From Sandaracinaceae bacterium (GTDB taxonomy: Bacteria; Myxococcota_A; Polyangia; Polyangiales; Sandaracinaceae), in the NCBI GenBank assembly GCA_044220955.1, contig JBGAQA010000084.1, positions 7,112 to 30,940 on the forward strand: DNA of 23,829 nucleotides. Reading direction: 5' to 3'. Under the pieces are notes generated by a model. That model saw nothing but the letters and a program-made list of their open reading frames with translations, had not been told where the DNA came from and did no database searches. Of the stretch, positions 1-7,364 are shown piece after piece (the first letter of the stretch is position 1; every line of letters begins with the position of its first letter). Made by a program: the position numbers and the translations under genes.

Positions 1-324
1 CGTGGCGTGGCACCCGGGCTGGAGCTTGCCGCCCGATCCCGCGACGATGATCCCGCGCTCGGTCACGGTGACGCTCAGGTTGAGCGTGGTCTGCGCGTCG
101 TCGCCGCCGCCGCCGCCACGACCGATCGTGGGCAGGTGCGCGTCGAGCTCGCACGTCGTGAGCACCATCGCCGTCGTCGCCAGCAGGAACATGATGATGT
201 TCGTGACGATGTCGAGGAACGGGACGATGTTCAGCTCACCCGCAGCCTCGGAAGGATCCAGATCGTGGATCTTCGTCCGCTTGCGGATGTACGTCTGCTG
301 ACGCGAACTGAGCTTGAGCGCCAT
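1..324 (-). CDS. ExbD/TolR-family biopolymer transport protein (Agl-type), 3' end truncated by the window edge
   Basis: Not in the ORF track; translated by hand from ATG 324: MALKLSSRQQTYIRKRTKIHDLDPSEAAGELNIVPFLDIVTNIIMFLLATT...LNLSVTVTERGIIVAGSGGKLQPGC. The ELNIVPFLD TM motif contains the conserved Asp. It lies 22 nt downstream of a TolQ-like gene. Confidence 0.9.
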   Translation of the reverse strand, partial: MALKLSSRQQTYIRKRTKIHDLDPSEAAGELNIVPFLDIVTNIIMFLLATTAMVLTTCELDAHLPTIGRGGGGGDDAQTTLNLSVTVTERGIIVAGSGGKLQPGCHAT

Positions 325-346
325 CGTCGTGGCTCAGCGGAGGTCT

Positions 347-973
347 TTACCGCTGCCCCTTGTTCAGCAGCAGGTTCTCGAGCTTCATCGTCGAGAGCTC
401 CATGTCCTGCTTGATCTTCTTGGCCGAGCTGTGGAGGTAGAGATGGAAGATCATGCAGAGCACGGCGATGCCGAGGCCGAGCGCGGTGTTCCACATGGCC
501 TCCGAGATGCCGGCGGAGAGCAGCTGCGCGCGCGACTCGGGCGGCGCGTGCGCGACGGCGCCGAACGAGTGGATGAGGCCGGTGATCGTGCCGAGCAGGC
601 CGATCAGCGTCGCGATGTTCGCGAGCGTCCAGAGCGCGCCGATGCGCTTCTCGAGATCGGGGTGCAGCTCGGCCCACTTCTCTTCCATCGACGCGATGAC
701 GGCCTCGTCGCCGCGCTGCGCCTGGGTCAGCCCCGCCTTCACCACCTGCAAGAGCGGCAGCGGCGCGGCCTCGCAGAGCTTGATGGCGCGATCGATGTTG
801 CCCGCCTGCACGAGCTTGCGGATCTGCGCCATGAACTCGCGGCTGTTCACCCGGTACTTCGTCAGGATGTACACGAAGCGCTCGGCGATGACGGCCAAGA
901 CGATCGCGAGCACGACGACGTTGAAGATCGAGAACGGCGCGCCCTGGATCAGCGCTTCCCAGACGGCTTGCAT
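347..973 (-). CDS. MotA/TolQ/ExbB proton channel family protein (AglR paralogue)
   Basis: Three TM segments; motifs IAER, DRAIKLC..PL..VVKAGL, GLLGTITGLI, GISEAMWNTALGL. ATG 973 is preceded by GGGGTGAG, so the ORF-track start at 1021 is probably too long. Confidence 0.93.
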   Translation of the reverse strand: MQAVWEALIQGAPFSIFNVVVLAIVLAVIAERFVYILTKYRVNSREFMAQIRKLVQAGNIDRAIKLCEAAPLPLLQVVKAGLTQAQRGDEAVIASMEEKWAELHPDLEKRIGALWTLANIATLIGLLGTITGLIHSFGAVAHAPPESRAQLLSAGISEAMWNTALGLGIAVLCMIFHLYLHSSAKKIKQDMELSTMKLENLLLNKGQR

Positions 974-1048
974 GTCAGTCTCACCCCGTAGCGAAGGGCC
1001 GACCGGGTTGGTCGGGGCCACCCACGCACAGGTGCGCAGCCGGAACGG

Positions 1049-1078
1049 AAGCTAATCCGCCGCCCTTCGGCTTGTCAA
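1049..1078 (-). promoter_or_regulatory. sigma70-type promoter for the leftward TolQ-TolR operon
   Basis: Minus strand reads TTGACA-N18-TAGCTT, about 75 nt upstream of ATG 973. Confidence 0.6.
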
Positions 1079-1213
1079 CGACGTGAGCGTCCCAGGGGAT
1101 CGATCTTGCTCGGGAACTTCCGCGGTCGACCCGACACTAACGCCCGACGTGCTCCGGCTGCGGCGCTCGCCGCCGCCCGGTGTCGCGCTCGATCCAGGTG
1201 ATCGAGATCACTG

Positions 1214-1241
1214 TTGACTTGGAAAGTCGTCTCTGTATCAT
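1214..1241 (+). promoter_or_regulatory. sigma70-type promoter for aglRQS
   Basis: TTGACT-N16-TATCAT. A small inverted repeat, GACTT-GGA-AAGTC (1216-1228), overlaps the -35 box. Confidence 0.6.
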
Positions 1242-1290
1242 CGCGGGCCGTTCGGGGCCGAGGCTCCGATGGCTTCGAAACGTCCTTTTT

Positions 1291-1324
1291 TCCCGGTCGA
1301 ACTGGTCTCCCGGTCGAACTCGTC
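1291..1324 (+). repeat. 17-bp tandem repeat in the aglR leader
   Basis: TCCCGGTCGAACTGGTC (1291-1307) followed by TCCCGGTCGAACTCGTC (1308-1324); one mismatch. Confidence 0.85.
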
Positions 1325-1358
1325 CGGCGCCTCGCAGCAGAAGAACAAGGAGAGCAAC

Positions 1359-2012
1359 ATGGCAGGTCTCGCGCATCACTTCGAAGAGGGCAGCTGGGGC
1401 ATGTACCCGATCCTCTTCTGGCAGATCATCGCGATCGGCATCATCATCGAGCGCGCGATCTTCCTCTATCGTGCGTCGATCAACCGCGACGTCTTCCTCG
1501 CCACGATGCAGAAGTGCATCCTCTCGGGCGACATCGGTCGGGCGATCAAGCTCTGCTCCGCGGCGAACGCGCCCCTCGCCCGCATCGTCAAGGCGGGCCT
1601 GATGAAGGTCAACCGCCCCGACAGCGAGGTCCAGGCCGCGATGGACGAGTGCGCGCTGCGCGAGCTGCCGAAGATCGAGCACCGCACGCCCTACCTCGCC
1701 CTGCTCGCGAACCTCGCGATGCTCTGCGGCCTGTTCGGCACCGTCACGGGCCTCATCGCCGCCTTCGGCGCCGTCGCGAACGCCGACGCCGCGAGCCGCG
1801 CGACCATGCTCGCGCGCGGTATCTCGGAGGCCATGAACTGCACGGCCTTCGGCCTGCTCGCCGCGATCATCGCGCTCATCGGCTTCGCGCTCCTCAACGG
1901 CAAGACGCAGGGCCTGCTCGACGACATCAACGGCGCGACGGTCCAGGTGATGAACCTCGTCGTCAACAACCGCTCGAAGATCAACATCTCGGGCGTGCCG
2001 GCGGCGGGCTGA
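1359..2012 (+). CDS. aglR: Gliding motor stator subunit AglR (MotA/TolQ/ExbB family)
   Basis: RBS AAGGAGAG before ATG 1359. Motifs GxWGMxPI, ASIN, EVQAAMDE, ANLAMLCGLFGTV, GISEAMNCTAFGL, DDIN..VxVxNL match my recollection of Myxococcus xanthus AglR. It is followed by two TolR-like genes. Confidence 0.88.
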   Translation: MAGLAHHFEEGSWGMYPILFWQIIAIGIIIERAIFLYRASINRDVFLATMQKCILSGDIGRAIKLCSAANAPLARIVKAGLMKVNRPDSEVQAAMDECALRELPKIEHRTPYLALLANLAMLCGLFGTVTGLIAAFGAVANADAASRATMLARGISEAMNCTAFGLLAAIIALIGFALLNGKTQGLLDDINGATVQVMNLVVNNRSKINISGVPAAG

Positions 2013-2091
2013 TCCCGACCCGAAGGCGTCGGGCCCACGAGGGCCCGGCGCTCGATGATCAGATCCTCTCCCTGTGTCTCTGAGGTGAGCG

Positions 2092-2568
2092 ATGGGTGGT
2101 ATTAGCGTTGGCGGCGGCCACGGCGGAAAGAAGTCGGTCGACTCGGAGATCCCGCTGATCCCGTTCATCGACCTGCTCCTCTGCTGCGTCATGTTCCTGC
2201 TCGTCACGGCCGTGTGGAACCGCCTCGCGCGGCTCGACGCGAACCAGCAGGTGCCGAGCACGCAGGCGCCGCCGGACTCGCCGCCGCCCGAGGAGCAGAT
2301 CCGGCTCTACCTGCAGGTCACGCAGCAGGGCTACACGATCGCTTCCAGCGCCGGCGAGCGCATAGACATCCCGAAGAACGGCGACGAGTACGACGGCGAG
2401 ACGCTGCGCACGCGCCTGCAGGAGCGCCGCGCGGCCGAGCCGAACCGCCACGACATCATCGTCGCCCCCGAGGACGGCGTCCGCTACGCGGACGTCATCG
2501 CGGGCATGGATACGGCGATCGGCGAGGGATACACGGAAGTTTCTCTGTCTGACGGAGCCGCGCTCTAA
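2092..2568 (+). CDS. aglQ: Gliding motor subunit AglQ (ExbD/TolR family)
   Basis: GGKKSVD..IPLIPFID27..FLLVTAVW; EDGVRY..VI..MD. RBS GAGGTG. Second gene after aglR. Confidence 0.85.
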   Translation: MGGISVGGGHGGKKSVDSEIPLIPFIDLLLCCVMFLLVTAVWNRLARLDANQQVPSTQAPPDSPPPEEQIRLYLQVTQQGYTIASSAGERIDIPKNGDEYDGETLRTRLQERRAAEPNRHDIIVAPEDGVRYADVIAGMDTAIGEGYTEVSLSDGAAL

Positions 2569-2571
2569 GCC

Positions 2572-3111
2572 ATGCCGATCAAGCGACCCGAAAAAGAGCT
2601 CCTCCACCACGTCCCGCTCAAGTTCGTGCGGTCCAAGGTGGCCGGCGGCGGACGCAAGAGTGTCGACACGGCGATCCCGCTGATCCCGTTCATCGACTTC
2701 CTCATCACGCTCGTCGTCTTCCTCCTCTCGTCGTTCAGCGCGTCCGGCGAGCTGCTCTCGCAGCGCCCGAACCTCGTGATGCCGCAGGCGACGAATGCCG
2801 TGGACCTCGAGCTGGCGCCGATCGTCGCGATCGACGCGCGCGTCGTCACGCTGGATGGCCGCCGCATGGCGGACACGCCGACGCTCGCGCAGTCGGCGGG
2901 CCTCGAGCGCATCGACGCGCTCGTGAACGACCTCGAGACCATGCACCGCAACTGGTCGATCCTGCACCCGCGCGATCCCTTCCCGGGCACGGTCATCATC
3001 CAGGCCGACCGCGACGTGGACATGCGCGTCGTGAAGAAGGTCATGTTCTCGGCCGCGCAGGCGGGCTACGCGAACATCAGCTTCGCGGTGAACCGCAGCG
3101 GCGGCAGTTGA
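2572..3111 (+). CDS. aglS: Gliding motor subunit AglS (ExbD/TolR family)
   Basis: Basic N-terminus, PFID42 TM, FSASGE, IQAD..V..RVVKKVMFSAAQAGYANISFAV C-terminus typical of AglS. Starts 3 nt after the aglQ stop. Confidence 0.85.
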   Translation: MPIKRPEKELLHHVPLKFVRSKVAGGGRKSVDTAIPLIPFIDFLITLVVFLLSSFSASGELLSQRPNLVMPQATNAVDLELAPIVAIDARVVTLDGRRMADTPTLAQSAGLERIDALVNDLETMHRNWSILHPRDPFPGTVIIQADRDVDMRVVKKVMFSAAQAGYANISFAVNRSGGS

Positions 3112-3147
3112 TCATCGGCCCGGCCTCGCCGGGCACTCCGGTCGAGA

Positions 3148-3186
3148 CGGGCGTGATCGCGAGAGCGGTCGCGCCCGATTCGTTTC
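3148..3186 (+). terminator. Intrinsic terminator / palindromic element closing aglRQS
   Basis: 13-bp stem CGGGCGTGATCGC-GAGA-GCGGTCGCGCCCG (with G-U pairs), then ATTCGTTT. Confidence 0.7.
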
Positions 3187-3226
3187 CGTCCGGGGAACGC
3201 CGCCAGCGCGTCGTTGTCGGACGCCC

Positions 3227-3757
3227 ATGGCCATCGCACGACCCGGCGCGCAGCTCCTGACCCACGTCCCGCTCACCTTCGTCCGCACGCGCCTCGCCGG
3301 CGGCGGGCGCAAGGGCGTCGACGCGGCGATCCCGCTCGTGCCCTTCATCGACTTCCTGATCGTGCTGGTGGTGTTTCTCCTCTCGTCGTTCGACGCGTCG
3401 GGCGAGCTGCCCTGCCAGTTCGTGGCGCTGCCCTCCGCGACGAACGCGAGCGATCTCGAGCTCGCGCCGGTCCTCGCGATCGACGCGCGCACGGTGACGC
3501 TGGACGGGCGCCGCGTGGCCGACACCCACACGCTCGCCGGCACCGCCGGCGTGCAGCGGATCGACGCGCTCGTGAGCGACCTCGAGACGATCCACCGCAA
3601 CTGGTCGCTCCTGCACCCGCACGACGCGTTCCCCGCGGCGGTGATCCTCCAGGCCGATCGCAGCGTCGACATGCGCGTCGTGCGCGCGGTGATGTTCTCC
3701 GCGGCCCAGGCGGGCTACGCGAACGTGAGCTTCGCGGTCAGTCGCGCGCCTTCCTGA
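3227..3757 (+). CDS. Second AglS-like ExbD/TolR protein (paralogue)
   Basis: Collinear with 2572..3111 (roughly 70% identical by eye). PFID42 is retained and the ORF is intact. Confidence 0.88.
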   Translation: MAIARPGAQLLTHVPLTFVRTRLAGGGRKGVDAAIPLVPFIDFLIVLVVFLLSSFDASGELPCQFVALPSATNASDLELAPVLAIDARTVTLDGRRVADTHTLAGTAGVQRIDALVSDLETIHRNWSLLHPHDAFPAAVILQADRSVDMRVVRAVMFSAAQAGYANVSFAVSRAPS

Positions 3758-4475
3758 CCGCGTCCGGCGCGGCGTCGTCGTCGGTCGCCTCCGGCTCGCC
3801 CGCGTCGGACTCGCTCGCGACGCGCGTCGGCGGCGGCGCGCCGATCCGGTGCTCCTCGGCGAGCGCGAGGATCGCCTCGAAGGTGCCCTCGTGGTCGGCG
3901 AGGAGCTGGGCCGACGTGCGCTTCGCGCGGCGCCGTGCGAGCCAGCCGGTGCCGAGCACGAGCGAGCCAGCGACGGCGGCGACCGCGCCCGCGAACCCGG
4001 CGTCGACGAACGGCTGATGCCAGATCTGCGCGTGGTCCAGGACGTCCGCGAGGAGCCCCGCCGAGACGAGCGTGCCGAAACCACCGAGGAGGCCCGACGC
4101 GGCCAGCACTCCAGCGGGCATGCCGCGCCAGTCGCCGACGAGGCGGACGCGCGTGCCGGCGCCCTCACGCTCGAGCGTGAAGACGGAGGGTACCGTGAGC
4201 GTCCGGCCGACCTGCGACGCGTTCAGCCCGAGGCGCGTGCGGAGCACCGCCGCGATCGCTTCGTAGCCGACCTCGTCGACGGCGTGGGGCAGCACCACCT
4301 CGCGCACGTACCGCTTGGAGCCTCCCGAGACGCGGCTGTGCTCGATCGTGGTGCCCGGCGCCGTGCCGGGGTGCTCGCCTCGCAGCGTCGCGATCTGGGC
4401 GCTCGCCGCGTCGAGCTTCCGCTCCAGCTCGCCGATGCGCGCCCGCTGCGCCTCCTCCTCGCCCCGGTAGGTCAC
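3738..4475 (-). CDS. Hypothetical membrane protein (N-terminal coiled coil, two TM segments)
   Basis: GTG 4475 lies 7 nt after a TAGGCT box and begins VTYRGEEEAQRARIGELERKL. The ORF-track extension to 4667 is antisense to the aglQ paralogue. Overlaps the aglS paralogue 3' end by 20 nt. Confidence 0.75.
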   Translation of the reverse strand: MTYRGEEEAQRARIGELERKLDAASAQIATLRGEHPGTAPGTTIEHSRVSGGSKRYVREVVLPHAVDEVGYEAIAAVLRTRLGLNASQVGRTLTVPSVFTLEREGAGTRVRLVGDWRGMPAGVLAASGLLGGFGTLVSAGLLADVLDHAQIWHQPFVDAGFAGAVAAVAGSLVLGTGWLARRRAKRTSAQLLADHEGTFEAILALAEEHRIGAPPPTRVASESDAGEPEATDDDAAPDAVRKARD

Positions 4476-4551
4476 GGCCCGGAGCCTACGCAAAGGCGAG
4501 CCGGGCCGGAACCCCGCCGCGCGGCCGCTGTCGGTTCCCACGGAGGTCAGG

Positions 4552-5022
4552 ATGGCATCGATCAGCGTGGGCGGCGGGCACGGTGGCAAGAAGGCGGTCG
4601 ACGCGGAGATCCCGCTCATCCCCTTCATCGACCTCCTGCTCTGCTGCGTGATGTTCCTGCTCGTCACGGCCGTCTGGAACCGGCTGGCGTCCGTCGAGGT
4701 GAGCCAGCAGGTGCCGAGCCCGAACGCCCCCGACGTCGAGCAAGCGCCCGAGATCTCGCTCTACCTGCAGGTCACGCACGAGGGCTACGCGATCGCGTCG
4801 AGCGCCGGCGATCGCATCGAGATCCCCCGCGCAGGGGACGCCTACGACCAGGACACGCTGCGCACGCGCCTCGCGGAGCGCCACGAGCAGGAGCCGAACC
4901 GGCACGACATCATCGTCTCCCCCGAGGACGGCGTGCAGTACGCGGACGTCATCGCGGGCATGGACCTCGCCATCGGGGCCGGCTTCAGCGAGGTCAGCGT
5001 CAGCGACGGTGCGGCTCTCTGA
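4552..5022 (+). CDS. Second AglQ-like ExbD/TolR protein (paralogue)
   Basis: RBS GGAGG. Residues E19-A46, including the TM Asp27, are identical to 2092..2568, and the C-terminus SDGAAL is the same. Confidence 0.9.
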   Translation: MASISVGGGHGGKKAVDAEIPLIPFIDLLLCCVMFLLVTAVWNRLASVEVSQQVPSPNAPDVEQAPEISLYLQVTHEGYAIASSAGDRIEIPRAGDAYDQDTLRTRLAERHEQEPNRHDIIVSPEDGVQYADVIAGMDLAIGAGFSEVSVSDGAAL

Positions 5023-5056
5023 TGCTCTCGTGCGGCAGGGGTGGTAGATGCACGCC

Positions 5057-6118
5057 GTGAGCGAGCCCGAGGATCCCAGCGCCGTGCCTCCCCCCGGCGC
5101 CGTCACGCCCGAGCCCGAGCCGCCCGAGCCGAACGCGCCCGCGCTCAAGCCGGCGCAGCCCGAGCCGGAGGAGCTCGCGACGCGGCCGACGTACATGCCG
5201 AAGGTGCCCTGGGTGGCGGTGCTCGCGGTGATCGTCGCGATCGTCGGCGGCTACTCGTTCTACCAGGCGCGCGAGCAGCAGCGGGCCGACGAGCTGCGCC
5301 AGCAGCTGCTCGCGACGCACGAGGATCGGCTCGCCGATCTGAGCACGCGCTACCAGGCGTTTCGCGCGCGCCTCGAGCGCTGGACGATGGAGGTCGCCGC
5401 GGCAGGCGAGCCGGAGCAGCACGTCGACCCGCGCCTGCGCATCGCGGGCCTGCACGACGGGGCGGGCCTCTACCTGCGCCTGCGCGCGTCGGACGCGTCG
5501 AGCGCCGAGTCGATCGCCCGCGGCGCGCTCGCGATGGACGCCGACGCGCTGACGCGCTGCCTGGGCATCGCCCCCGACTCGGTGCGCGGCGTCTACGAGC
5601 ACGGAGACTTCCTCATGCCCGAGTGGGCCGAGGCCGTGGAGCGCGAGCGGGACTTCCTGCGCCTGCGCGTGATGGACGAGCAGCTCGCGCGGCACATCAC
5701 CGCGGACGTCCCCGTCGCGCTCACGATGATGCAGGCGCGCTACTTCATGCTCGTCCTGCAGCAGGGCGAGAACCGCCGCGACGCGCCCGTGGACGTCTAC
5801 CTCTGGGACATCCCGTCCGAGACGCAGCTGCTCGCGGCGCGTATCCAGGCCGACGGCGTGCTCCTGCCGGTCAGCATCCGCTCGATGGTCCCCGAGGCGC
5901 CCGACGCCCCGCGGCCGGCGACCCCGCCGAGCATGACGAGCGGCGGCGCGAACGACTGCTCCATCGCCGCGCAGATCAAGGCGCTCACCGGCGAGGCGCC
6001 GGTCGAGGTGACCTCGCCGATCGGCGTCGGGACCGAGGGCACCGAGACCGGGACCGCGCCGGCGGAGGCCGACGCCGGCCCCGCGGCCCTCACTCCGGAA
6101 CCGACGACACCCGATTGA
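5057..6118 (+). CDS. Hypothetical single-pass membrane protein
   Basis: Pro/Glu-rich N-terminus, TM (WVAVLAVIVAIVGGYSFY), globular domain, low-complexity tail; GC3-rich codons. Start is GTG 5057 (6 nt after TGgTAGATG) or ATG 5048. Confidence 0.8.
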   Translation: MSEPEDPSAVPPPGAVTPEPEPPEPNAPALKPAQPEPEELATRPTYMPKVPWVAVLAVIVAIVGGYSFYQAREQQRADELRQQLLATHEDRLADLSTRYQAFRARLERWTMEVAAAGEPEQHVDPRLRIAGLHDGAGLYLRLRASDASSAESIARGALAMDADALTRCLGIAPDSVRGVYEHGDFLMPEWAEAVERERDFLRLRVMDEQLARHITADVPVALTMMQARYFMLVLQQGENRRDAPVDVYLWDIPSETQLLAARIQADGVLLPVSIRSMVPEAPDAPRPATPPSMTSGGANDCSIAAQIKALTGEAPVEVTSPIGVGTEGTETGTAPAEADAGPAALTPEPTTPD

Positions 6119-6569
6119 CGGTGGGGAAGCGCTCGGCGAGCTGCGCCTCGAGCGCCCCGAAGTCGAAGCGATCCGGACGACGCCCCTCGGGCAGCATCGC
6201 CACGTCGAAGGCGATCGCCGCGGCGCTGCGCAGCTTGTAGTCGGTCACGTCTCCCCCCACGAGCTTGCCGTGCAGCGCGCGGAGGCTGTCGAGCTCCGCG
6301 CCCTGCTGCACGCCGTCGAGGCGCGAGAGCCAGTTCGCGAGGCCGAACGTCACGAGCTTCTCCCAATCGCTCAGCCCGGCCGGGTCGAACGCGTCGATAC
6401 CGACCTTGTCCTTGGTCGCCCGCTCGACCGACGCGAGCTCGTCGCCCTCGAGGCCGAGCGTCTTGGCGGCGTGCACCAGCCCCTGCGCCTCCGCCTTGCT
6501 CATGCGGCCATCGGCCCAGGCCACGGAAGCGATCGCGAGGAACGTGGACTTCGGAAGCTTGCCCGCCAT
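6090..6569 (-). CDS. TerB-like (tellurite-resistance fold) protein
   Basis: AIASVAWADGRMSKAE and a second LSRLDGVQQGAE helix-DG-x5-E motif, as in TerB-like domains. Confidence 0.7.
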   Translation of the reverse strand: MAGKLPKSTFLAIASVAWADGRMSKAEAQGLVHAAKTLGLEGDELASVERATKDKVGIDAFDPAGLSDWEKLVTFGLANWLSRLDGVQQGAELDSLRALHGKLVGGDVTDYKLRSAAAIAFDVAMLPEGRRPDRFDFGALEAQLAERFPTVNRVSSVPE

Positions 6570-6615
6570 GCGCGGAGGCTACCCGAGACGGGCGCGCGGG
6601 ATCAACGGCGAGCCG

Positions 6616-7302
6616 TCACTCGGAGAGCGCGACGCCTGCGATCGGCGACTCCTGGTGGAGCGGGACGAGCACGCGATCGATGATCTCGTGCACGACGTGG
6701 GCGCGCTGGTCGTCGTCCCGGGCAGGGATGTTCGTGAGCAGCAGGTGCGCGGCGCCGTCGCGCCGCGGCGCGCCGTCACAGCTCACCTCGGGGTGGACCG
6801 CGGCGAGCAGCGTGCGGAGGTCCTCGCGGGTCTCCTCGAGGCCGGCCCCCCGGATCTCGAGGCGCAGGTGGGCGCTGCGACCTTCGGACGCGCGGAGCCA
6901 CTCGAAGTAGCCCGTCACGTGGAACGGCCGCGACGTGACCCAGCGCCGCTCGTCGCGCATCGCGGCGGGGGAAGCGCGCCAGATCAGCTCCGAGCCCCAG
7001 AGCCACATCCCGCCGAAGAGCCACGCGAGCGAGGCGAAGAGCGCGACGATCCAGATCTCGGTGAAGCGCTCCATCACCGCCGCGATCATGGTGAGCGCGA
7101 AGAGCCCGAGGCCCGGCAGGCTCCCCATGAACACGAGCCTGCGGGCCGTCCTGCGGCGGTAGCGCCCGATCGCGAGCCGCACGTGGGCCTCGTCGCGCTC
7201 CGTGCGCTCGCGCGCGTCGGCGTCCTCTCGTTCTCGCTCGGCGCGCTCGGCCTCGGCGAGCTTCGCCGCACCCTGCTGCCTCAGCCGGTCGAGCTCGCTC
7301 AC
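6616..7302 (-). CDS. Hypothetical membrane protein (two TM segments)
   Basis: Charged helical N-terminus, then two hydrophobic segments. GTG 7302 lies 6 nt after TGgCATCAT (alternative start ATG 7329). Confidence 0.72.
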   Translation of the reverse strand: MSELDRLRQQGAAKLAEAERAEREREDADARERTERDEAHVRLAIGRYRRRTARRLVFMGSLPGLGLFALTMIAAVMERFTEIWIVALFASLAWLFGGMWLWGSELIWRASPAAMRDERRWVTSRPFHVTGYFEWLRASEGRSAHLRLEIRGAGLEETREDLRTLLAAVHPEVSCDGAPRRDGAAHLLLTNIPARDDDQRAHVVHEIIDRVLVPLHQESPIAGVALSE

Positions 7303-7364
7303 GACACGATGATGCCACGCATGAGGCATGACGGCGCGACGGCGCGCGCGGTAGCCTTCGCCGG

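Noticed and set aside
5057..6118. Possible TonB/TolA/GltG-like energy transducer next to the aglQ paralogue
   Set aside because: The TM lacks an SxxxH motif, the main Pro-rich stretch precedes the TM, and no TonB_C-like domain is recognisable.
3738..6118. Convergent 3' overlaps (20 nt at 3738-3757; 29 nt at 6090-6118) as antisense regulation
   Set aside because: Short tail-to-tail overlaps are common in stop-poor high-GC genomes, and there is no further support.
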